This document shows, piece after piece, positions 19,771 through 28,387 of a stretch of DNA of 64,000 nucleotides (position 1 is the first letter of the stretch; every line of letters begins with the position of its first letter). The translations under genes and the position numbers were made by a program. Source of the stretch: Pseudomonadota bacterium. GTDB lineage: Bacteria; Desulfobacterota; Binatia; Binatales; Binataceae. Where the stretch lies: contig JAJPHZ010000016.1 in the NCBI GenBank assembly GCA_021325025.1, positions 259,616 to 323,615 on the forward strand, read 5' to 3'. A model generated the notes under the pieces. The model ran no database searches. It saw only the letters and a list, made by a program, of their open reading frames with translations, and had not been told where the DNA came from.

Positions 19771-20793
19771 TCAATGCACGGCAAACGCGCCGCCAGGCGA
19801 GTTGCCTGAGCTGGTGAAGGGGATAAAGGGTGGGTTGAGCGCCTGAACATATGCCGGTCCGGCGACGACTCCGGCGGGAACGTTGAATTGCAAGCGGTGA
19901 TCGCTGAGCAGGTTGAGCGGGATCTTCGGACTGCCGTCGGACCGCAGACCACCCAGGTTGACCACGGTCCCGGACTGGAGGTTGAAGAGGTTGAGCACCG
20001 TGAGACCGGAGAAGCCCTGTCCTTCGACCGTGACGGTCGGGCCGCTCTGAGTGACGCTGCTGATTGCGATCTGCTCACCGATCGGCACCGAAACGGCGGC
20101 GCTGGCGAAAAAATTCCCCAAATTGGTTATGCGGAAAGCTCCCGGACCGATAGCCGGGGCGTTGGGGCCCGAGGGCAGCGTGAAGGTCACACTGTTCGGG
20201 GTCAGGTTGCTGCCGAAAATGACGAAGGGACCGATTTTCCCGCCGGCGCAGTCGCAGAACAAATCCACTCCGATGCCATTAACGGTATCAAAACCGCTGC
20301 CGGTCAGGGTTACGGTCGCGCCGGGAACCACCACCGTCTCGACGTTCGCCAGCGCGATCCCGGGGTCGGTGCTGGTGGGAGACAGACCGATTCCGTTGAT
20401 CGCTGTGAGGCTGGGCAGCCCGGATGCAGGCTCGCCCTGCAGTAATGCGAGGGCCGTGTTTGACTGGATATGAGCCTGGTCGGTGTTGACGACTACTACG
20501 CTCGCCACCCCTTCACCCTGAGTGACCGAGAGTGGAAGAAACACGGCCAGGCTGTCGGGCAGGTCGGAGTTGGGAATGAGCGGACCGAAGTTTTCCGCCC
20601 CATTGGAGGTGGCGACGAAGAAGTTCGCCACCGATCCCGGGGTGAAGCCGCTGCCGCCAATCACGAAATTGTCGCCGATATAAATGACCGGGGGCAGCGA
20701 GCTTATCGTGGGTCCGCTTTGGGCATCGGCCCAGCCGGTCCACAGTGCGATCGCCAAGAGCGGTGCGATTGCGCCGCGTGCGCGCCTGGCCAC
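19771..20793 (-). CDS. Secreted protein made of three beta-rich Ig/IPT-like modules
   Basis: Signal peptide ending ADA-Q; three G(S/Q)GF-containing units; GTG start after a G-rich RBS; homologous to the GT-C C-termini. Confidence 0.8.
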   Translation of the reverse strand: MARRARGAIAPLLAIALWTGWADAQSGPTISSLPPVIYIGDNFVIGGSGFTPGSVANFFVATSNGAENFGPLIPNSDLPDSLAVFLPLSVTQGEGVASVVVVNTDQAHIQSNTALALLQGEPASGLPSLTAINGIGLSPTSTDPGIALANVETVVVPGATVTLTGSGFDTVNGIGVDLFCDCAGGKIGPFVIFGSNLTPNSVTFTLPSGPNAPAIGPGAFRITNLGNFFASAAVSVPIGEQIAISSVTQSGPTVTVEGQGFSGLTVLNLFNLQSGTVVNLGGLRSDGSPKIPLNLLSDHRLQFNVPAGVVAGPAYVQALNPPFIPFTSSGNSPGGAFAVH

Positions 20794-20921
20794 GGCATTC
20801 CCCCCTTTTTGCGAGCCTCGGCCGGGAAAGCTCGTTCCCGGCAAAGCCGTGTCAGTGCAAACAAACTAGCAAATTGTGAGGCGAAAGACCAAATAGGGAC
20901 GGATTGGAAAGCGGCCGGCTT

Positions 20922-22163
20922 TCAGCGCTCTTCACCGGTCAGAAAAAGCGCCACCCCCAACAACGAAAACAGCAGATTGGGCAACCACGCCGCCAGCCAG
21001 GGCGGGATAATGGCGGAGCGCCCGAATGAAATCGTAAAGCCCAGCGTGATCCAATAGCCCAGTCCCAGGCCCAGCCCCAAAAGGAAGCCGCGTCCTGCGC
21101 TGGCTGCACGCGGCACCGGATCCAGGCTCAGCGCCAGCCCGCACAACACCATCACCAGGCACGACAGCGGCAACGCGTATTTCACGTCGCGATCGACCAG
21201 GTAAGAGCCGGGGTCCAGCCCGTTGCGGCGCAGTTTGGCGATATACTGGTCGAGTTCGGAAAGGCTGAACTCCTCGGGAGTGAGAATCGCAAAGGAGAAA
21301 TCGCCGGGCTTGGCGTCGAGGTGAAAATTTCCCGCCTGCGCCGCCGCCAGCGCGCCGCGATGCTCCAGGTCCAGCCGCTTCAGACCGCTAAAGGTCCATC
21401 CCTGGCCGTTCCATTGCGCATGGTCAGCGCTATAGATTGCGCGCAGCGTATATTGAGGTCCGATTTGCAGGACGCGCACCCCGTCCAGCCGCTGATGGGT
21501 CGCGTCATAGCTTTTGGCGGCGACAAAACCGCCGCGGATGCGCAGCCAGTTTTGCGCGTTGTACACGAACCGCGGCTGGTTGTGGATCACGCCGTCGAGC
21601 AGGTATTTGGAGCGCCGCGTCGCGGCGGGCACGATGGTTTCGTTCAGCCCGAAGGTTACCGCCGACAGCGCCGCTGCGAGCAGCAGCAGTGGCATCGCGA
21701 TCCCCATTCGGCTAATTCCCAGGCCCTGGAGTGCCAGCAGTTCGCCGTTGCGATTGAGCATCGCCAACCCCAACAGTACTCCTGCCAGAGCGGCGACCGG
21801 AATCAGTTGAGTGGTCATCAAGGGCAGTTTGAGCACCAGATACTCAATGCCGGCCGGGCGAAACAAGCCGTACGCCATCAGGTCGTCGAACTTGTCGATA
21901 AAGGAGGCCAGCAGGTCGATTACGATAAAGGCGATCAGCGCACCCAGGAAGGCTTCGCCGAACATCCGCACCACCATCCAGGCCGCGGTCGGCGGCAGAC
22001 GAAAGCGTTTGCGCCGGCGCACCGGCGCCCCAACGCTGGCAGCGCCCAGCCGCCATGGCGGGGCACCCAACTCGATCGCCGAGGATTCGATTGCCGGCTT
22101 CAAACTTCCACCGCTGCGCGCCGGCCCGGGGCTGCCCGGCGCAGCCGCGCATGCGCCTGCCAT
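20922..22163 (-). CDS. LptF/LptG family LPS export permease (LptG-like)
   Basis: Three TM helices, NGELLALQGLGIS, periplasmic beta region, three TM helices ending PWLAAWLPN; start uncertain. Confidence 0.88.
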   Translation of the reverse strand: MAGACAAAPGSPGPARSGGSLKPAIESSAIELGAPPWRLGAASVGAPVRRRKRFRLPPTAAWMVVRMFGEAFLGALIAFIVIDLLASFIDKFDDLMAYGLFRPAGIEYLVLKLPLMTTQLIPVAALAGVLLGLAMLNRNGELLALQGLGISRMGIAMPLLLLAAALSAVTFGLNETIVPAATRRSKYLLDGVIHNQPRFVYNAQNWLRIRGGFVAAKSYDATHQRLDGVRVLQIGPQYTLRAIYSADHAQWNGQGWTFSGLKRLDLEHRGALAAAQAGNFHLDAKPGDFSFAILTPEEFSLSELDQYIAKLRRNGLDPGSYLVDRDVKYALPLSCLVMVLCGLALSLDPVPRAASAGRGFLLGLGLGLGYWITLGFTISFGRSAIIPPWLAAWLPNLLFSLLGVALFLTGEER

Positions 22164-22308
22164 ATTACGTGTCCGCGCCGCCTGTTATCCAGAGAAGCAG
22201 AGCGTTCGACGCGATCGGCGTTTTGGACTACGATTCGCTCGACGCTGGCGATGTAATGAACCTGGCACACGAACGCCGGCGCACCGCTCCCGGGCATAGA
22301 CACTGCGG

Positions 22309-23439
22309 ATGAAGCTGCTGTTGATTTCCGGCGCGCGCATCGTGGGCGGGGCGGAACGAGTCACGCTGCAACTGGGTGCGGAACTGATGGCGCGCGGCTA
22401 TCAGGTGGAGGCGCTGTGCCCGTCGGCCGGCCAATGGCGCACCGCGCTGACCCGCGCCGGAATTGTGGCGCATCCCGCGCCCATCGGCGGAGCGCTCAAC
22501 TTTCTGACCTCATTCGTAATCGCGCAAGCGGCCGGCACCTTCCGTCCCGACCTTCTGATGGTGACGACCAGCGATGAATGGGTGTGGGCGTGTTTGACGC
22601 CGCGCCGCGCCTGCGCGCCGCGCCTGGTTCTGGTCAGGCATATGGGATTGCCGCTTGCATTGCGGGTGCGGCGGCTGGCGGGATGGCGCGCCGACGCGAT
22701 CGTGGCGGTCAGCCACAGCGTGCGCCAGAGCCTGCTGGCCGGCTCCGCGATCGCACCCGGCAAAGTGCGCGTAATCCCCAACGCGGTCCGCTTTGCGATC
22801 AATTCCAGGGTTCCCGATCCGCTCCAGCGCAGGCTTGCCAGAACGTCGCTGGGCCTGCCCGAGGGCGGCCGATGGATTGGCTTTTTGGGCGGCATCAACC
22901 TGGGCAAGGGAATCGAAGATGTGATGGTGGCGGCGGGGCGTGCCAATCGAATGCTGGGCGATGTGCATCTGCTGGTGTGCGGCAGCAAAGATCTCCGGCA
23001 AAGGACGCCGGATTGCGGCGAGTTGGCGCGCCGCTGCGGGATTGAGGAAATCGTGCACTACATGGGCCAACTCGATGACGTGATTCCGGCGATTACCGCG
23101 TGCGATGTGCTGGCCATCGCGACGCATCGCGCGCTGCGCGAGGGGTTGGCGCAAAGCGCGCTCGACGCGATGGCGTGCGGGACGCCGATTGCCGCCTACG
23201 CGCTGGAGGGCGTGATCGACGCGGTGGGCGAAACCGACGCCGCGGCGGTGCTGGCCCGCCCCGACGACGTCGCAGACCTGGGCGCCGCGATCATCGGCCT
23301 GCTGAGCAATCCCGAACTTGCGGCCTCGATCGCCCGGCGCGGCCTCGATCGCGCCCGAGCCGAGTTTGAACCCGCGCAGATGGCCGACCGTTATGAGCAA
23401 CTGTTTGGCGCGCTGACCGCGGACCGGGCCGGCGACTAG
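22309..23439 (+). CDS. GT4 glycosyltransferase
   Basis: GGAER, GINLGKG and EGLAQSALDAMACG motifs. Confidence 0.88.
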   Translation: MKLLLISGARIVGGAERVTLQLGAELMARGYQVEALCPSAGQWRTALTRAGIVAHPAPIGGALNFLTSFVIAQAAGTFRPDLLMVTTSDEWVWACLTPRRACAPRLVLVRHMGLPLALRVRRLAGWRADAIVAVSHSVRQSLLAGSAIAPGKVRVIPNAVRFAINSRVPDPLQRRLARTSLGLPEGGRWIGFLGGINLGKGIEDVMVAAGRANRMLGDVHLLVCGSKDLRQRTPDCGELARRCGIEEIVHYMGQLDDVIPAITACDVLAIATHRALREGLAQSALDAMACGTPIAAYALEGVIDAVGETDAAAVLARPDDVADLGAAIIGLLSNPELAASIARRGLDRARAEFEPAQMADRYEQLFGALTADRAGD

Positions 23440-25733
23440 GACCAGCCCGGCTTGGGTGGCGTTTCGACCGGACTAAGCTGTTCGGCAAACAATTCACGAA
23501 ACGCGGCGCAGCCGGCAAGCAACTCGGCGGCTGAACCCTCGGCGATGATCATGCCGTCATGCAGCATCGCCACACGCGCAAAGCGGCTGACGGTGGCCAG
23601 CCGGTGCGCGATCACGATTACCGTGCGCCGCTCCAGCCACGGCTTGAGATTAGCGAAGATAGTCCGTTCGGTGTCGGAATCCAGCGCGCTGGTGGCTTCG
23701 TCGAGCACCAGCAGGGCGGGGTCGCGGGCGATGGTGCGCGCCAGCGCGATACGCTGGCGTTGGCCGCCCGACAGGTTGCGTCCCGCTTCGGCCAGATAGG
23801 TGTCGAGCCCGCGCGCCATCGACGCGACGTACCCCTCCAGGCCGGCCAGCATCACTGCCTCATCGATGCGCCGCCGCGGCGCGTCCCAGGCGCCATAGCG
23901 GATGTTGTCGAGCAGCGAGCCGCTGAAGATGAAGGGGTCCTGCTCGGCCACACACACCGCGCGGCGCAAGTCGGGGATGCGCAACTCGGCCAGGTCCTGG
24001 CCGTCGAGCAGGATGCGCCCGGCCTGGGGCTCCACGAATCGCAGCAGCAGGTTGGCAACAGTGCTCTTGCCCGCCCCGCTGGCACCGACCAGCGCAATCG
24101 TCTCGCGCGGTGCGAGGCTGAGGGTGAAATCGGTCAGCACCGGCGTGTGGTCGCCGAAGCCCAACCGGACGCATTCGAAACGCAGTTCCCCGCGCACCGG
24201 CTTGGTCAGCGCGATCCACCCGTCGCGCTCGGCGGGCGGCAAATCGATAATCTCGTACACGCGCACAGCGCAGGCGATCGCGCGCTGCGACATGCTGTGC
24301 ACCTCGCTCAGCCGCCGCAGTGGCTCCACGGTCTGCACCGCATACAGGCAAAAGGCCAACAAGCCGCCGGCAGTAGCGGCTCCGGCCGACACCAGGCGGC
24401 TGCCGTACCATACCACCGTCAACAGGCCGGCGGCGGCGATGAGCCATACCGAGGAGATCAACGCCGCTGACCACAATTCGCTGCGCAGCACCTGGCGGCG
24501 CCAGGCGATATCTCCAGCAACGAAGCGCTGATTTTCCATCGGCTCGGCGCCGAAACCCTTGATGGTGGTAAGCCCGTGAAGCTGCTCGTTGAGCACGGCG
24601 CCCAATTGCCCGGCGGCCTGCTGCGCCGCAGCGCCCCATTTGCGCACCTGCCCGCCCAGACGCGCCAGCGGCAGGGCGACCGCCGGCACCACCACCCCGG
24701 TGATCAGCGCCAGGCGCCAGTTGAGCCGAAACAGCATCGCAATCGCGCCGATCACGACCAGCGTCTCACCCACGCCGCGCCGCAGGATCTCGCGCACGAA
24801 TTCCGACAGCGCGCCGGCGTCATTAAACATGCGCGACATCAGGTCGCCGGTGGCAAATCCGCGCGCGACCCTAAGGTCGGTGGCCAGCAGCCGCTCTTGG
24901 GCGCGGTCGCGCAGCGACTGCACCAGGCGCAGATCGATGCTGCGCAAAGAGTAGCGCGAGAAGAAGATTCCGCACACCATCGCCAGCGCGGTCAACGCCG
25001 CACGTATCAGCAGATGCGACATCTGCGCGCGGTCGCCGGTGACCAGCGGCCCCTCGGTCCACAGCTTGGCGATCCACGTCAGGTAAAGCTGGGCGCCCCC
25101 CAGCATCGCCAGGCTGAGGAAGACCATCGCCAGATGGGCCCGCAGGCGCATGCAATCGCGCAGCAGGCGCAAGAAAATTTGGGCCGAATCCTGCTCCGAG
25201 CGCAGCTCGACGTCGCCCAGACGCGGCACGCGCGCCGCCGCCGAGCGCGCGATGCGCTTCCAATGGCCCACCGTGTCGGCGTACAGCCGGCGCGCATCCC
25301 TGCGGCCCTGCGGCTCGCGCGCCGCACGCGCCGTCACCGCGGCGATCTGACGCATCTTGTGCCGGAACTGACGCCACTGGTCGGCGAGCAGGCGGCGCAG
25401 CGGCCACAATTCCACCGGTATGCGCTGAACACCCAAAGCCCGGCAGGCACGATAGCGCTTGTGACCGTCGGCGATTACAAAACGCGAACCCAATTTGACC
25501 ACGCAGACGGGTGGAAACCGCTCGCCGCGCGCCATCGCCTGGCGATACTCCTCGATGCGTTCGGGCGCGTGCGTGGTGGTGAAAGGATCGACGACGCGCG
25601 CCGCGGCAACGATATGGACGGGGAAGTGCGCCCGCGACGCATCGAAACATGCGGGCGTTTGTGCAACGTCGTCCGATGGTTTCAATGAGCCCGCCACTGA
25701 TATCCCGCCAGCCTCAAGGCATCCGGCGTTCAA
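23436..25733 (-). CDS. ParB/Srx-like N-terminal domain fused to an MsbA-like ABC half-transporter
   Basis: N-terminal FPPVCVV..FVIADGHKRY; TM domain; GASGAGKST, LSGGQRQR, LDEATSALD and IAHRL; one uninterrupted frame; start uncertain. Confidence 0.88.
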   Translation of the reverse strand: MNAGCLEAGGISVAGSLKPSDDVAQTPACFDASRAHFPVHIVAAARVVDPFTTTHAPERIEEYRQAMARGERFPPVCVVKLGSRFVIADGHKRYRACRALGVQRIPVELWPLRRLLADQWRQFRHKMRQIAAVTARAAREPQGRRDARRLYADTVGHWKRIARSAAARVPRLGDVELRSEQDSAQIFLRLLRDCMRLRAHLAMVFLSLAMLGGAQLYLTWIAKLWTEGPLVTGDRAQMSHLLIRAALTALAMVCGIFFSRYSLRSIDLRLVQSLRDRAQERLLATDLRVARGFATGDLMSRMFNDAGALSEFVREILRRGVGETLVVIGAIAMLFRLNWRLALITGVVVPAVALPLARLGGQVRKWGAAAQQAAGQLGAVLNEQLHGLTTIKGFGAEPMENQRFVAGDIAWRRQVLRSELWSAALISSVWLIAAAGLLTVVWYGSRLVSAGAATAGGLLAFCLYAVQTVEPLRRLSEVHSMSQRAIACAVRVYEIIDLPPAERDGWIALTKPVRGELRFECVRLGFGDHTPVLTDFTLSLAPRETIALVGASGAGKSTVANLLLRFVEPQAGRILLDGQDLAELRIPDLRRAVCVAEQDPFIFSGSLLDNIRYGAWDAPRRRIDEAVMLAGLEGYVASMARGLDTYLAEAGRNLSGGQRQRIALARTIARDPALLVLDEATSALDSDTERTIFANLKPWLERRTVIVIAHRLATVSRFARVAMLHDGMIIAEGSAAELLAGCAAFRELFAEQLSPVETPPKPGWS

Positions 25734-25825
25734 GTCTACCCGGAACCGGGCGGCAAAACACGCAACCAGCCGGCTGACGAGTGAGCCGCCTGCACGCAGA
25801 GGGCGTCAGCCCTGCTCCTCCTCCT

Positions 25826-27337
25826 TCATTTAGGCGGAGGCGGAGTGTAAATGCGGCGCGCGAAAGCGTGGGCCGCTTTGAGCACCGCGGCGTCCTCGCC
25901 CAGGCGGCCGACCAGCATCATGCCGACCGGCAATCCCGCCGAGATCGCGCAGGGCAGGCTGATTGCCGGATGGCCGGTCAGGTCGAACTGGCAGGTGTTG
26001 TCGGCCACCGCGAAAGCAGCGCGGGCGTCGGCGCCATTGCCGGGGCGCGGCAGAGGAATCGACTTCATCGGCGTGGTCGGCATCACCAGCAGATCCCACC
26101 GGGAAAGCGCGTCGTCGTAAGCGGCGCGCAAGGTGCGGGTGAGGTTGCGGGCCTTGGCGTAGTAGCGTCCGTGATACGACTGGCGCATGTACTGGCCGAT
26201 CAGCAGCGTGTACTTGATCTGGTCGGGCAGATCGTCGGCGCGGGCCAGGCGCCCGCGCGCAAAAGCGTCGATCAGGCTTACGTTGTGATGGCCGTCCATC
26301 GCGGCGCCAACACTGTTGGCCGCAACCACCGCGCTGATGCCTTCGTTGCCGATCGCGCCGAAGATTGCCGTGCCGATCCGATGCCACGGCACGCAAACCC
26401 TTCCCACTGCGCAGCCCAGCCGCTCAAAGGCCTGCCCCGCTTCCCGCACCGCCTCGTCGACGTCCGTCTCAGCGTGGCTGGTGCCGAAGCCCTCTTCCAG
26501 CAGGCCCAGCCGCAGGCCTTTGACGTCGCCGTCCAGCGCCCTGCTGTAGGGTTGTGCAACCAGTCGATTGATTGCCTGGCGGACGTCAAACCCGTCGGGC
26601 CCGGCGATTGCCTCCAGCAACAGCGCCACATCCTCGACGTTGCCTGCCATCGGCCCCAGATGGTCCAGATTGGGATCAAGCGAGACCGCGCCCGTGTAGG
26701 GAACCAGCCCATAGCTGGGCTTAAGCCCGTAAACTCCGCACCAGCTCGCCGGAATCCGGATCGATCCACCCTGGTCCCCGCCGATTGCCATGTCCACCTC
26801 GCCCGCGGCGAGCAGCGCGGCGCTGCCACCCGAGGAGCCGCCCGCATGGCGCGTCAAGTCGTAGGGATTGAGAATCGGGCCGGTGTCGGCGTTGAGATCG
26901 AAACACAGCCGCCCGCACGCGGCTTTGCCCACGATCCTCCCACCGGCGTCGAGGATGCGCGAAACCACCGTTGCGTCGGCTTCGGGGACGTAGCCCTCCA
27001 GTACGCTGCTGCCGTTCATCATCGGAACGCCGGCGACGCAAACGTTGTCCTTGATCGCGACCGTCTTGCCGGCCAGCAACCCGCCCGATGCGCCGGCAAT
27101 GTCGGTGCGCCAGTACCATGCGCCGAGCCGATTCTCCTCGGGCCGCGCGCGCCATCCGGGCGTCCGTGGATAGCGCACCGGCAGGGCTGGCTCGGGCAGT
27201 TCGTCGATCCGCCCGTACGCCTCCATCGCGTCCGCGGACATCGCGCGAAACCGCTCGAGTTGTTCTGAGGTGAGGTTGAGGTTGAAGCCCGACGCGATAC
27301 GGGCGAGCTGCTGCGTGGTCGGCGGTTTGGGCGTCAT
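25826..27337 (-). CDS. Amidase signature family enzyme
   Basis: AIKD (Lys), GGSSGGS and GDQGGSIRIPA triad motifs. Confidence 0.93.
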   Translation of the reverse strand: MTPKPPTTQQLARIASGFNLNLTSEQLERFRAMSADAMEAYGRIDELPEPALPVRYPRTPGWRARPEENRLGAWYWRTDIAGASGGLLAGKTVAIKDNVCVAGVPMMNGSSVLEGYVPEADATVVSRILDAGGRIVGKAACGRLCFDLNADTGPILNPYDLTRHAGGSSGGSAALLAAGEVDMAIGGDQGGSIRIPASWCGVYGLKPSYGLVPYTGAVSLDPNLDHLGPMAGNVEDVALLLEAIAGPDGFDVRQAINRLVAQPYSRALDGDVKGLRLGLLEEGFGTSHAETDVDEAVREAGQAFERLGCAVGRVCVPWHRIGTAIFGAIGNEGISAVVAANSVGAAMDGHHNVSLIDAFARGRLARADDLPDQIKYTLLIGQYMRQSYHGRYYAKARNLTRTLRAAYDDALSRWDLLVMPTTPMKSIPLPRPGNGADARAAFAVADNTCQFDLTGHPAISLPCAISAGLPVGMMLVGRLGEDAAVLKAAHAFARRIYTPPPPK

Positions 27338-27409
27338 ACGCTTGCTCCTGATGCAAAGCTGGTAGCACGGCGAAGTCGCGAAGTCATCCGCAAAGCGCGG
27401 GCCAGCGCG

Positions 27410-28336
27410 TCAAACCAGCGCGCCGCCGGCGATCGCCTCGAGGATGCGCAGCGGACTCATTTCGGGCGCAATCAGCGACTCGAGCGGCACGAAGAACGTC
27501 TGCTCCAGCGCGTAGCGGCCCGACAGCACCGCATGAGGGACGGCATCGGTAAACGCGATCCAGGTCGAAGCGGGCGGAAATTCATGGCGCTGCTTGGAAC
27601 AATCGCGCTGAAAGGCCTGATTGTCTTTGAGATAGTCGTGAAAGCGCAGCGTGAAGCGGTCATAGCAAGAGCGTTGAACGAGCTTGATTCCCACACCGCG
27701 CAAGGCCGCCGACGCCGCATCCCCAAGCTGCCGCGTCAATCCGCGGCGGCGCGCGGTATCAGCGCCGAGGCCCGCCTCGCGCGCCATCCGCGCGGCCAAC
27801 TCCGCGAAGGTTTGCGAAGTGATCCATACGCGCGGCTCATCGGGATGGATGTTGGTGAAAAACCGCAGGATTCGCCGGCCGCGCGCGGGGCGTGTGGGAA
27901 ATGAATCGATGTGAATCAGATCGTTGCGCGAGCGGCCGTGCAGTTGGCGGCCGCGCTCCTCGATCGGTCTGAAGCTGGTGAGATCCGTTTGCAGGCCCGG
28001 CGCGTAAGGCGCCAGCAGTTCCATCGCCGCTGCGCGTACCGCTTCCGCGTAACTGCGCAGCACACGCTCAAGCGCTCGCGCGTCGGTGCCCGAACGGGAA
28101 AAACCGCGCACTCGGCCCGAGGAAGGTTCATAAGAGATGTTTTTTACAAACGCCGAGCCGCTCTGGCGCACCTGGGTGAGAAAGCGCCGGTCCTCCTCGC
28201 TTATAACGGGAAAATGCGGCAGCACCAGGATGTCACCGCGCTCCAGCCGATCGCAACACCATCGCGCGTGCTCAGCCGCCGCGCCCGGGTCACGCCATCC
28301 GCACTCGGTAAAACCGGCGATTTCGACCGCACCCAT
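27410..28336 (-). CDS. kdoO: Kdo hydroxylase family protein (KdoO-like)
   Basis: KNISY, SFRP, HIDSFPTRP..GRRILRFFTNI, FHDYLK and FTDAVPHAVLSG..LEQTF. Confidence 0.85.
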   Translation of the reverse strand: MGAVEIAGFTECGWRDPGAAAEHARWCCDRLERGDILVLPHFPVISEEDRRFLTQVRQSGSAFVKNISYEPSSGRVRGFSRSGTDARALERVLRSYAEAVRAAAMELLAPYAPGLQTDLTSFRPIEERGRQLHGRSRNDLIHIDSFPTRPARGRRILRFFTNIHPDEPRVWITSQTFAELAARMAREAGLGADTARRRGLTRQLGDAASAALRGVGIKLVQRSCYDRFTLRFHDYLKDNQAFQRDCSKQRHEFPPASTWIAFTDAVPHAVLSGRYALEQTFFVPLESLIAPEMSPLRILEAIAGGALV

Positions 28337-28387
28337 GATTCGCGAGCCGACCTGCGTCCGCGGTTGCGTGCCGCACCACCCGATCAG

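Noticed and set aside
20866-20920. GCAAA...GAAA...GGGACG...AAAGC on the + strand, reminiscent of a c-di-GMP-I riboswitch
   Set aside because: It is antisense to both flanking genes, the stems pair poorly and the spacing after GACG is off. An Infernal RF01051 search would settle it.
25400-25570. ParB domain as a partition or defence system component
   Set aside because: No HTH, no parA and no parS-like palindrome nearby; the domain is fused to a lipid flippase in an LPS-type operon.
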